Shown here: positions 16,343 to 25,020 of the stretch, piece by piece
Position numbering within the stretch: the stretch's first letter is position 1
How the letters are laid out: every line of letters starts with the position of its first letter
Assembly: GCF_001642725.1 (NCBI RefSeq)
Contig: NZ_LSUQ01000009.1
Location: forward strand, 62,001 to 89,041
DNA from: Ferroacidibacillus organovorans
Lineage (GTDB): Bacteria > Bacillota > Bacilli > Alicyclobacillales > SLC66
Length of the DNA: 27,041 nucleotides
Direction of reading: 5' to 3'
Made by a program: the position numbers and the translations under genes
Notes under the pieces: model-generated
Told to the model about the DNA's origin: nothing
Databases searched by the model: none
The model's input: only the letters and a program-made list of their open reading frames with translations

Positions 16343-16390
16343 AAAAGCGGCCCGAAACGAGAGGAATTACCCTCCGTGTCGGGCCGCTTT
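16343..16390 (+). terminator. Probable terminator hairpin after oppA
   Basis: AAAGCGGCCCGA...TCGGGCCGCTTT, a 12-bp stem. Confidence 0.65.
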
Positions 16391-16402
16391 CCATGCTCGA
16401 AG

Positions 16403-16432
16403 ACATACTTTCAGGCGCACACTTCATAAGAT
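16403..16432 (+). promoter_or_regulatory. sigE-like promoter
   Basis: cATA-N17-CATAagaT, about 43 nt before the start at 16475. Confidence 0.4.
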
Positions 16433-16474
16433 CAAAACACGGGACAGATCAACATCCGCAGGAGTTGAAGGATC

Positions 16475-17002
16475 GTGAAGCGAGCAAATCAATTTGGGAA
16501 TAAACGCGAGCACCGCTTGGCATTTTCTATGATATCCCTATTCGCAGTCATCGCTTTGGTCATTTTTCTTATTGCCAACACAATCTTTGCGCTCAACCCG
16601 TTCCAAACGGGAAATCCACTCAATTCAGAAGTAACTGTCGGTGAGCGGGTGATCGGAGACTGGCAATACAACGGTGAGAATCAACAAGGTCAACTGGTTT
16701 TTTACAATGGCTACCAGACGGTGACCATGCCAGGCAACTCAAAGACTTTCGCCGCAGACGGAGAATACGTGAACATCGTTTCTCACACCCACGATACGCT
16801 CACGTATGAAACTGCGCTTAATTCAGAACTCATCAGCTTCAAATCTATCGCAGCAATCATCATTCTCCTAGCGCTTCTGATCACACTGCCGTTTATGATC
16901 AACCGTTTCAATAACCGGTCAGGGCAGCGCCAAGGAGGTATCAAGCGAAAAAAGAGCAGCACAAGTCATTTTCACGCTGTTCGTCACAAACGTTCACGCT
17001 GA
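16475..17002 (+). CDS. Hypothetical membrane protein: two TM helices, beta-rich loop, basic C-tail
   Basis: AGGAG RBS; hydrophobic segments at about aa 16-40 and 120-142. Confidence 0.75.
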   Translation: MKRANQFGNKREHRLAFSMISLFAVIALVIFLIANTIFALNPFQTGNPLNSEVTVGERVIGDWQYNGENQQGQLVFYNGYQTVTMPGNSKTFAADGEYVNIVSHTHDTLTYETALNSELISFKSIAAIIILLALLITLPFMINRFNNRSGQRQGGIKRKKSSTSHFHAVRHKRSR

Positions 17003-17130
17003 TTGGATCATGATCATTGAGAATTTAAAGCACGATCCGCGAGAGAGCGAATTCCAGATGCCTTACGAAAAGAGAATTCACGGTACAACTTCAACCTACA
17101 GCCACGCACATTTCGCTGCTGTGTATTTTG

Positions 17131-17808
17131 TCACATGCATCGCAAGCGCTCAAGATCAAAGATCCACTCATCGCGATTTCCAAGAATCACCCCTTCTCGA
17201 CGCAGCTCATTCCACACGCGATTGACGGATTCGCGCGTCATTCCAATCATGTGCGCGATTTCCTCGTGCGTCATTTGCAGTTTGACATGAATGCCCTTCT
17301 CACTAGATTGACCGTGCTCCTCACAAGCGTGGCGGATAAACGCATAGACGCGTTGTCGAGTATCTGTCGTAGCCAGTTCCTGCAATTTAGTCTGCAGTAT
17401 GAGGATCTGCTCTCCCATCACGCGCATTACCTTACGCATGATTTCTGGATGATCCATTAACAGTGCATCAAAGTGTACCCTCTTGATATAGAGGAGATCG
17501 CTCTCACCAAGACTCTGCGCAGTTCCTGGATAAGGATCATCGCGAAAGAACCCGACATGCGGAAACATCTGACCTGAGCCGAGAACATTGACAATATGTT
17601 CTCTTCCTTCATCATCCACTTTAAAAACTTTAATTAATCCGCGCTGAAGAAAGAATACCGCTTCCCGGTCGTCCCCCTCCATAAAGAGAATCTCTCCGCG
17701 GTGGAAATGTCGCTCTTTGGCAAGATGCACGATTTTGTTCAATTCGTCTTCTGTCAATCCTTGAAAGAGCACAATTTCTTTTATTACGTTCAATCCGGGT
17801 TTTGTCAT
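17131..17808 (-). CDS. Crp/Fnr family transcriptional regulator
   Basis: cNMP-binding domain (LFQGL...GEILFMEGD...GLIKV...GREHI) and HTH THEEIAHMIGMTRESVNR. ATG at 17808 follows GGGGAG. Confidence 0.92.
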   Translation of the reverse strand: MTKPGLNVIKEIVLFQGLTEDELNKIVHLAKERHFHRGEILFMEGDDREAVFFLQRGLIKVFKVDDEGREHIVNVLGSGQMFPHVGFFRDDPYPGTAQSLGESDLLYIKRVHFDALLMDHPEIMRKVMRVMGEQILILQTKLQELATTDTRQRVYAFIRHACEEHGQSSEKGIHVKLQMTHEEIAHMIGMTRESVNRVWNELRREGVILGNRDEWIFDLERLRCM

Positions 17809-18022
17809 TCGCGACCGCTCCCCAATAGGATTCTTTTCCATCCATTGTATCCTGAACACCATGCCATGGTTTGGCGCGCTGATTTGTGCGTTTTATCATC
17901 AACACTTACAAATATTCGTTTACTATGTTATTATAAGTATTGTTTAATCAAGAATGAAGCAAGCTACAGGATGTTTTCAAACGAAAACAGGGCTTTCATT
18001 TGTTTTAAAGGAGGTTATTTCA

Positions 18023-18979
18023 TTGAATTTGAAAGGAATCCATCATCTTACCGCAGTTACAGCAAACGTTCGCGAAAATTATGCATTCTATACGTCTGTT
18101 CTCGGTTTACGATTGGTAAAACGAAGCGTAAACCAAGATGACGTCAGCGCGTATCACCTTTTTTATAGCGGTGACAAGGTCGGCTCACCTGGGAATGATT
18201 TAACATTTTTTGATTGGAATGTCCCCCGCGAACAACGAGGTACACAAAGCATCATTCGCACAGGACTGCGCGTTTCAGGCGCGGACGCAGTACAGTGGTG
18301 GCACGAGTGGCTCACCGAAAAAAAAGTAGACCACGAAGCGCCTCAGGAAATTGACGGTCGCAACACGATCCTCTTTGAAGATTTCGAAGGGCAACGTCTC
18401 GCCATCATCGGTGACAATGCAGCGAGCGACCCCCATCAGGCCTGGGAGAAGAGCGTGGTGCCTTCTGCCTGCCAAATTCTTGGCCAAGGACCTATCATCT
18501 TGAGCGTCCCCGATCTTCACAATACCGATCGCGTACTCACAAACGTTCTCAACATGCGCCAAGTTCGTAGCTATTCGCTGCCTGATCGCCAGACGGATCG
18601 AGTTTATGTCTATGAGATGGGGGACGGCGGAGCACGTGCAGAACTCCATATCGCGGTGCAACCTGATCTAAAACCTGCACGATCTGGCGCAGGAAGTGTT
18701 CACCACGTCGCCTTTCGGACGCCTACCTTTGAAGAGTACCACCAGTGGACAGAGCGACTGAAGCAGTTCCGCATTCCAAACAGTGGCGAGGTGGATCGTT
18801 TCTGGTTCCGCAGTCTCTATTTTCGCGAACCGAATGGCATTCTTTTTGAAATCGCCACGGATGAGCCGGGATTCGGGATCGACGAACCGCTTGAGTCACT
18901 CGGTGAATCCGTCGTGCTTCCACCCTTTCTTGAAGCGCACCGCGCAACCATTGTAGCCAATCTAAAACCTCTCAAGTAA
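18023..18979 (+). CDS. Ring-cleaving dioxygenase (VOC, MhqA/MhqE/MhqO-like)
   Basis: GIHHLTA, LRLVKRSVNQDD, YHLFY, GSVHHVAFR, DRFWFRSLYFREPNGILFEIATD. TTG at 18023 follows AAAGGAGG. Confidence 0.92.
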   Translation: MNLKGIHHLTAVTANVRENYAFYTSVLGLRLVKRSVNQDDVSAYHLFYSGDKVGSPGNDLTFFDWNVPREQRGTQSIIRTGLRVSGADAVQWWHEWLTEKKVDHEAPQEIDGRNTILFEDFEGQRLAIIGDNAASDPHQAWEKSVVPSACQILGQGPIILSVPDLHNTDRVLTNVLNMRQVRSYSLPDRQTDRVYVYEMGDGGARAELHIAVQPDLKPARSGAGSVHHVAFRTPTFEEYHQWTERLKQFRIPNSGEVDRFWFRSLYFREPNGILFEIATDEPGFGIDEPLESLGESVVLPPFLEAHRATIVANLKPLK

Positions 18980-18983
18980 CGTG

Positions 18984-19024
18984 AATGAGCGTGAGCATCT
19001 GCGGATCTTCACGCTCATTTTTTT
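18984..19024 (+). terminator. Terminator between the convergent dioxygenase and phosphatase genes
   Basis: AATGAGCGTGA...TCACGCTCATT followed by a T run. Confidence 0.7.
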
Positions 19025-19031
19025 CTGCTCA

Positions 19032-19781
19032 TCAAATTTTCGCAAGTTCCCAAATCAACTGCGCATTCTCTGCGCAGCGATCCGCCTGTTCTTTAAAGTT
19101 CCACTCTTCACGAACACGCATAAACGCCTCTCGCAACCCTGGAGGACGAAGTGTCGTGCTGTGCGCGTCACTCGCGATGATGTGCGCTTTGCCCTCTTTG
19201 AGCCACCGTTTGGAGAGTTCCTCCGCGTGTGCGCCAAACCGACCTAAAATAGAACCTGTGGTTAACTGCGTGTATACCCCTTCAGCTAACGCCTCATCAA
19301 GCAGCTCTGGCGAGGTGCGAAGCGCAATATACCGTTCTGGATGCGCCAAGACAACCTGTATGCCTTCGTCTCGCAGCGCGCGAAGTGTGATAGCCGCATC
19401 CATCGGCCACTCATAAAATGAAAACTCAAGAAGTATCGCGCGCGGTTGATCTGCCGCCCCATACCCGATCGCTTGTCCGCTGCGAAGTCGCGTGAGATCA
19501 TCTGTCGCTTTATCGCTCGTTTTGATAGCGTGATGAATTTCCATCGCGGGAAGAATCTCAAGGGGTATGTTTTCACGTTTGAGCGCTTCATTAAGTTTTA
19601 TCGTTTTTTCTCTCGTGACGTTAGGATCAACATGGTACGAGTCTGTGAAACCGTGTGGCGTTGCAAACATCCGCGTCGTTCCTTCCGCCACCGCGATCCT
19701 CGCCATCATGAGCGATTCTTCCAATGTCTTCGCGCCGTCATCGACGCCGTAAACGATATGAGCGTGACAATCGACATCCAT
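19032..19781 (-). CDS. CpsB/YwqE-type PHP protein-tyrosine phosphatase
   Basis: DCHAH, GVDDGA, ATPH, LAHPERY, IASDAH, RPP. Confidence 0.9.
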   Translation of the reverse strand: MDVDCHAHIVYGVDDGAKTLEESLMMARIAVAEGTTRMFATPHGFTDSYHVDPNVTREKTIKLNEALKRENIPLEILPAMEIHHAIKTSDKATDDLTRLRSGQAIGYGAADQPRAILLEFSFYEWPMDAAITLRALRDEGIQVVLAHPERYIALRTSPELLDEALAEGVYTQLTTGSILGRFGAHAEELSKRWLKEGKAHIIASDAHSTTLRPPGLREAFMRVREEWNFKEQADRCAENAQLIWELAKI

Positions 19782-19787
19782 GAAGGA

Positions 19788-20297
19788 TCATTCCCAACCT
19801 TTCGCTTCATTTCGGATTTTTAACATTTCTTCAATCTGCGCGAGGTGTCTAAGTTCGTGAAGCGCGATAAAATCGTACCATTGCCGGATGCTCAACACGC
19901 CAAACAGCGGGTGACGAAACCCGAGCTGATCCAATTCTTCATCCGATGCTACAGAGAGATAGGTTTTATCAAGCAATTGCGTTGACGCCTGGAGCGTCTC
20001 TTTCGCTTGATCGAGCGTCCTCACGAGACCTTTGGGTGAGAGCGCCTCTGGCGCGGCGACTTTACGGCTGCGGTCAACCACGGCCTCAGCGAGCGATGGA
20101 TGAACAGGAATATCGCGGAAGTTTTTGCTTTCCAGTTCTCTCGCCATCGCCCGTGCAATATGTTGCTCAACGACTGCCAAGTGTTCCAAAACAGACAGAA
20201 TCGACCATCCGGCTGCATTTTCAACCTGTAAGTCATCTTCTCTGACGACACGCACCGTGTTCCAAAGCGTCTGACGCACTTCTTCGTGACGAGTCAT
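19788..20297 (-). CDS. DinB family protein (YfiT/BstA-like metal-binding His triad)
   Basis: WSILSVLEHL, HPLFG, LHELRHLAQI; GGGAGG RBS. Confidence 0.88.
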   Translation of the reverse strand: MTRHEEVRQTLWNTVRVVREDDLQVENAAGWSILSVLEHLAVVEQHIARAMARELESKNFRDIPVHPSLAEAVVDRSRKVAAPEALSPKGLVRTLDQAKETLQASTQLLDKTYLSVASDEELDQLGFRHPLFGVLSIRQWYDFIALHELRHLAQIEEMLKIRNEAKGWE

Positions 20298-20351
20298 CAT
20301 AGAGCCTCCCAGGCAACCCATTTCTTCTTTTTCATTTCATCATACACTTTA

Positions 20352-21611
20352 TCAACTGTACTGGGCGACGATTCGCTTGCGGCGGTGGACGAATTGATCA
20401 GCCGACATGGCGGCGATTGCCCCGTCCGCCGCCGCCACAACCGCCTGTTTCACAGGCGTTCGTCGCGCGTCTCCACCCGCGAAAATTCCGGGAACAGAGG
20501 TGTGTAAAACATCATTGACAACGATATACCCATCATCGTCCAGATCAACAACGCCTGCCAAAAAATCTGTGCCAGGGCGATTGCCCGAGAGATAGATAAA
20601 GACGCCATCCACCATCATCGTGGCTTCTCCATCGGGCCCTTTTACAACAATTCCCTCAAAGCGATCCTCGCCGAGCACCTCGCGAAGTTGGTGATTCGGG
20701 TGAATCTCAACGTGTTCAAGATCCGCCATCTCAACTGGATCGACGTCTGGTCCAAATTGTTTGCCAAGCAAAAAAACGTGAACCTTCTTTGCAAAGCGGG
20801 AAAGCGTAAGCGCATCCTCCGCTGCTTCCCCGTTGTCGCCAAACACAGCGACCGTCTTCCCCTCAAAAAAAGCCGCGTCACACGTCGCGCAATAACTCAC
20901 GCCGCGCCCTTCAAAACGCTCTTCACCTTTCACTTTTGCGACGCGCCCGCGCGAACCGACCGCGACAAAGAGTGACTTTGTGTGGATAGACCCATCTGGC
21001 AGATGAACAGAATGTGTCTCTGTCCCTACTTCAACACCCGTGATGTGCGAACGCACAAACTGCGCGCCAAACTGCTTCGCCTGCTCGCGCATAAGTGTGA
21101 GCAACTCAAGCCCTGTGACTTCTCCGAGCACGCCCGGATAATTTGCGATCTTGTGGGTTAGCGCGAGCGCGCCAGCCGTCGGGGCTTTATCGATCACCAA
21201 CGTTTTCAAACGCCCACGTGCCGCATAGACGGCGGCTGAGGAACCGGCAGGACCGCCGCCGATGATTACAAGATCATACACTTCACGATACATCCCAGGT
21301 TCAAGCGATGAGAAAACTTCTTCCGCGTTCGTCTCCGCCTGCTCTTCATCCACGTCAACGCGCGTTTTAGCTTCAATCCCGAGTTCAGCCAACCTTTTTT
21401 TCATCGCATTTGGACGATAGCCGATCACCGGTTCACTGCCGAGAAATGTGACTGGAACCGAGTAGATTCCTTGCTGATGAAGGTCATCAAAGTACGCTAC
21501 ATTTTCTGTTACATTGCGCTCTTCATAGTGAAGTCCCCACGAGGTCAAGTCCGCCTTAATCTTCTTGCAATACTCACAACCCGTGCTAGAGTAGAGAACG
21601 ATCTCCGCCAT
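20352..21611 (-). CDS. Fusion of a glutaredoxin/NrdH-like domain (CEYC) and a flavin thioredoxin reductase (CATC), DTR/FFTR-type
   Basis: YSSTGCEYC...SVPV; GGGPAG, NYPG, GVSYCATCD, AGGD. NADPH-binding motifs absent. ATG at 21611 follows AAAGGCGG. Confidence 0.88.
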   Translation of the reverse strand: MAEIVLYSSTGCEYCKKIKADLTSWGLHYEERNVTENVAYFDDLHQQGIYSVPVTFLGSEPVIGYRPNAMKKRLAELGIEAKTRVDVDEEQAETNAEEVFSSLEPGMYREVYDLVIIGGGPAGSSAAVYAARGRLKTLVIDKAPTAGALALTHKIANYPGVLGEVTGLELLTLMREQAKQFGAQFVRSHITGVEVGTETHSVHLPDGSIHTKSLFVAVGSRGRVAKVKGEERFEGRGVSYCATCDAAFFEGKTVAVFGDNGEAAEDALTLSRFAKKVHVFLLGKQFGPDVDPVEMADLEHVEIHPNHQLREVLGEDRFEGIVVKGPDGEATMMVDGVFIYLSGNRPGTDFLAGVVDLDDDGYIVVNDVLHTSVPGIFAGGDARRTPVKQAVVAAADGAIAAMSADQFVHRRKRIVAQYS

Positions 21612-21644
21612 ACGTGTACCGCCTTTCAGTTGTGGAAATAACCA

Positions 21645-21673
21645 CAGCGGCAGAAGAGGATTTTCTGCCGCTG
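21645..21673. other. Intergenic 11-bp hairpin (weak terminator or stability element)
   Basis: CAGCGGCAGAA-N7-TTCTGCCGCTG, with no clear U tract on the minus strand. Confidence 0.5.
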
Positions 21674-21698
21674 CGAAATCGTTCACGTCCACAGAATA

Positions 21699-22624
21699 CT
21701 ACGCGTGAATCACGCCTGCGGCACCTGCCGCCTGTTCATGCGCGTGATAAGAACTGCGCACAAGCGGCCTGACTCAACGTGGCGAAATCCGCGCTTGATT
21801 CCCTCGTCCTTTAACGCCTTAAACTCTTCAGGCGCATAATAGCGCGCAACGCGCATATGTTTTCGCGTCGGTTGAAGGTACTGACCAATCGTCAAAATAG
21901 AGACATTGACCGCGCGCAAATCATCCATCGTCTCGAGAATCTCATCCCATGTCTCACCCACGCCGAGCATGATGCTCGACTTGGTGGGAATATCTTGGTT
22001 CATCTCGTATGCGCGGCCAAGCAGTTCAAGGGTTCGCTCATAGGTCGCCTTTGAGCGAACGCGTGGCGACATGCGCTTGACCGTTTCCACATTGTGATTC
22101 AAAATTGCCGGTTTCGCGTCCATCACCGTCTGAAGCGACTCGCGATTCCCCATAAAATCAGGGATGAGCACCTCAATCGAGCATTCCGGGCGAGCTGTAC
22201 GAATCGCCTCAATCGTTCTGGCGAAAACAAGCGCACCTCCATCTTCGAGGTCATCGCGCGCGACCGATGTCACGACAACGTGACGCAGTCCCATCTGCAC
22301 GACCGCATCCGCAACGCGCGCCGGTTCCTGTAGATCAAGCTCTGTTGGTTTGCCAGAGTGAACCGCACAAAAACGGCACGCCCGTGTACAAATGTCCCCG
22401 AGAATCATAAACGTCGCGGTGCGGTTCGACCAACACTCATAGATGTTTGGACAGCGCGCCTCTTCACACACCGTATGTAAGCGCTCGCCGCGCATGATTT
22501 TCTTTAATTCCTGAAAATCTCCTGAGGTTTGTAGCTGCACTTTCAACCATTCAGGCCGCCGCAGCATCGGTTCATCAACCTGCTCAGCGACTGCGCCTTT
22601 ACGTAGGATTTCTCCGTCCGTCAC
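21699..22624 (-). pseudogene. lipA: Lipoyl synthase with a one-base frameshift near the 3' end (pseudogene or assembly error)
   Basis: [12 protein letters not shown] and CTRACRFC present. After HVESG the conserved PLVRSSYHA lies in another frame; adding one base at 21766-21767 restores it, ending at TAG 21699-21701. Confidence 0.85.
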
Positions 22625-22651
22625 GGAAGCATCATCCTTTCAACACGCACA

Positions 22652-23986
22652 CTAAAAATCAGAATTCACCGTATACGCTTCTACACGTTGTTTGACCGAT
22701 TTCATGAACTGACCCGCAATAAAACCATCCAAAACGCGATGATCCAAGCTCATACATAAGTTTACCATGGAACGAATCGCAATACTATCGCCGTCACGGA
22801 TCACAGGACGCTGCACGATCGATTCGACGGAGAGAATGGCTGCCTGCGGGGCATTGATGATGGGTTGCGATTGAATTGATCCAAAAGCGCCTGTGTTGTT
22901 CACAGTGAATGTGCCGCCTTTCACATCGTCAAGCGTGAGGCGATTAGACCTGGCACGCGCCGCGAGATCGGAAACGGCGTGAGCAAGACCCGCCACCGTC
23001 AACTGATCGGCATTGTGAATCACAGGAACGACGAGCGCGTCACTCGTTGCAACCGCGATGGAGAGATGAATATCGCCCCTGACGAGAATCGCGTCATCCG
23101 TCCACTCACTGTTGACGAGCGGATACGCCTTGAGCGCTTCTGCAACCGCGCGCAAAAAGAAGGGAAAATAGGTGAGTTCAATCCCTTCGCGCTCGCGAAA
23201 CGCCGCTTTGTGGCGCGCGCGCAACTGGTGCATCCCCGTGACATCCGCCTCTACCATCATCCAGGCGTGCGGAATCTCGTGTTTGCTTTGCTTCATGCGT
23301 GTGGCGATCGTTCGCCGAATCGGTGTGATCGGCATGCTCACATCGCGTGTTCCAAGGAAACTTGACGCGCGTAGCGGCTGCGCAGGTGTCGATTGCGCGG
23401 ACGCGTGAGGCTTCATTTCATTCGCATCCGACTTCGAGTCGTTGCGCGCCGCGCCAGCTACGTGTTCGCTTGGCCTGATGGCCAGTTCCGCATTCGAACC
23501 TTGAACACCTTTTTCCACCGCGAGAAGCACGTCTTTGCGTGTGATGCGCCCGCCTAGCCCCGTTCCGCGCAGCGTGTCGAGCGCCACATTTTTCTCCTGC
23601 GCCAAACGCAAAACTGCGGGAGAATAGCGACCACGCTGTTCAGCGTCTTGATCCAACGAGTGCACGTTCGCAGCGGCGTCCGGCACGGCACTCACAGCGG
23701 TCGCTTCACTGCTCTTTGTGACAGGGGGATCTTTGCGATCACTGCTCTCTCCCGCCTCTCTGATGAGAGCGATCAGCGTTCCCACTGGAACCGTGTCATT
23801 CTCCTTAACGTAGATCTCTGTAAGGGTTCCGGCGACTTCCGAGGGAATCTCAGCGTTCACTTTATCCGTAATCACTTCTGCAATCGGCTCATAAAGTTCA
23901 ACCGGGTCACCAATCTGCTTTAGCCAGCGCCCGATCGTACCTTCCGTAACACTCTCACCTAGCTTTGGCATGCGGATCTCAGCCAA
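22652..23986 (-). CDS. bkdB: Branched-chain 2-oxoacid dehydrogenase E2 (dihydrolipoyl acyltransferase)
   Basis: MPKLGESVTEG, one lipoyl TDKV, RYSPAV, GGRITRKD, SLDHRVLDG. Confidence 0.93.
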   Translation of the reverse strand: MAEIRMPKLGESVTEGTIGRWLKQIGDPVELYEPIAEVITDKVNAEIPSEVAGTLTEIYVKENDTVPVGTLIALIREAGESSDRKDPPVTKSSEATAVSAVPDAAANVHSLDQDAEQRGRYSPAVLRLAQEKNVALDTLRGTGLGGRITRKDVLLAVEKGVQGSNAELAIRPSEHVAGAARNDSKSDANEMKPHASAQSTPAQPLRASSFLGTRDVSMPITPIRRTIATRMKQSKHEIPHAWMMVEADVTGMHQLRARHKAAFREREGIELTYFPFFLRAVAEALKAYPLVNSEWTDDAILVRGDIHLSIAVATSDALVVPVIHNADQLTVAGLAHAVSDLAARARSNRLTLDDVKGGTFTVNNTGAFGSIQSQPIINAPQAAILSVESIVQRPVIRDGDSIAIRSMVNLCMSLDHRVLDGFIAGQFMKSVKQRVEAYTVNSDF

Positions 23987-24024
23987 AAAAGACCCTCCTC
24001 TAAAAAGATGCGAAGCGTATCGAA

Positions 24025-25008
24025 TTAAAACGCGGCGAGTTTACGCATCGCATCTTCAATCTTCGTTGGATTGAGCATATAAAACGCTTCGAGCGGAGCG
24101 CTAAACGGCATGGCAGGAACATCCGGGCCACAGAGTCGCGCGATCGGTGCATCAAGATCAAAGAGTGCTTCTTCTGCAATGATCGCAGAGACCTCCGCGC
24201 CAATGCCGCCCGTCTTGTTGTCTTCATGCACGATGAGCACCTTCCCCGTCCGCCGCGCCGCTTCAACGATTGTTTCGCGATCAAGCGGCAAGATCGAGCG
24301 CAGATCAATCAGATGCGTTGAAATCCCATCCGCCGCGAGCTGCCCCGCCGCTGTCAGCGCGTGATGCACCATCAAACCATAGGTGATCACCGTGAGATCG
24401 TCCCCTTCGCGCACCACGCGCGCCTTGCCGATCGGCACTGTATAATCGCCTTCTGGAACATCATCACGAATCGCGCGATACATCCCTTTATGTTCAAAAA
24501 AGAGCACGGGATCCGGGTCGCGCAGCGCGGCGCGCAAAAGTCCTTTTGCGTCCGCCGCCGTCGCGGGTGTCACAATCTTTAACCCTGGCACATGGTAGAA
24601 AAGCGCTTCGACGCTCTGCGAGTGATACAGCGCACCGTGAACACCCCCGCCATACGGCGCGCGAATGACGAGTGGGCAGTGCCAATCCCCTTGTGTTCGA
24701 TAGCGCAGTTTCGCCGCCTCACTGATAATCTGATTAACCGCCGGCATGATAAAATCGGCAAACTGAATCTCTGCAATCGGACACATGCCATACGCGGCCG
24801 CGCCAATCGCGACACCGACGATGGCCGACTCGGCAAGCGGCGTATCAAGCACGCGCTCCGGGCCAAATTCTTCAATCATGCCTTGTGTCACGCGAAAGAC
24901 GCCTCCGCGCAACCCCACGTCTTCACCAAGCACAAAAACGTTCGGATTCTGGCGCATCTCTTCTTGCATCGCTTCACGAATCGCGTCAATGTAGAGTTTC
25001 ACTGCCAT
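24025..25008 (-). CDS. bkdAB: Branched-chain 2-oxoacid dehydrogenase E1 beta
   Basis: GEDVG, DTPLAES, EIQFADF, GGGVHGALYHSQS, FFEHK. Confidence 0.95.
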   Translation of the reverse strand: MAVKLYIDAIREAMQEEMRQNPNVFVLGEDVGLRGGVFRVTQGMIEEFGPERVLDTPLAESAIVGVAIGAAAYGMCPIAEIQFADFIMPAVNQIISEAAKLRYRTQGDWHCPLVIRAPYGGGVHGALYHSQSVEALFYHVPGLKIVTPATAADAKGLLRAALRDPDPVLFFEHKGMYRAIRDDVPEGDYTVPIGKARVVREGDDLTVITYGLMVHHALTAAGQLAADGISTHLIDLRSILPLDRETIVEAARRTGKVLIVHEDNKTGGIGAEVSAIIAEEALFDLDAPIARLCGPDVPAMPFSAPLEAFYMLNPTKIEDAMRKLAAF

Positions 25009-25020
25009 GGTCGATCCTCC

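Noticed and set aside
17010..17460. Plus-strand ORFs 17010-17225 and 17128-17460
   Set aside because: Overlap the Crp/Fnr gene antisense, with no SD or domain.
17885..17951. Crp/Fnr boxes (TGTGC-N6-TCATC; TTGTTTAATCAA)
   Set aside because: Too degenerate or wrongly spaced to call.
21612..21692. Upstream GTG start for the Grx-reductase fusion
   Set aside because: Crosses the intergenic hairpin; the SD and domain boundary favour ATG 21611.
21760..21790. Programmed -1 frameshift in lipA
   Set aside because: No X XXY YYZ slippery site at the shift point.
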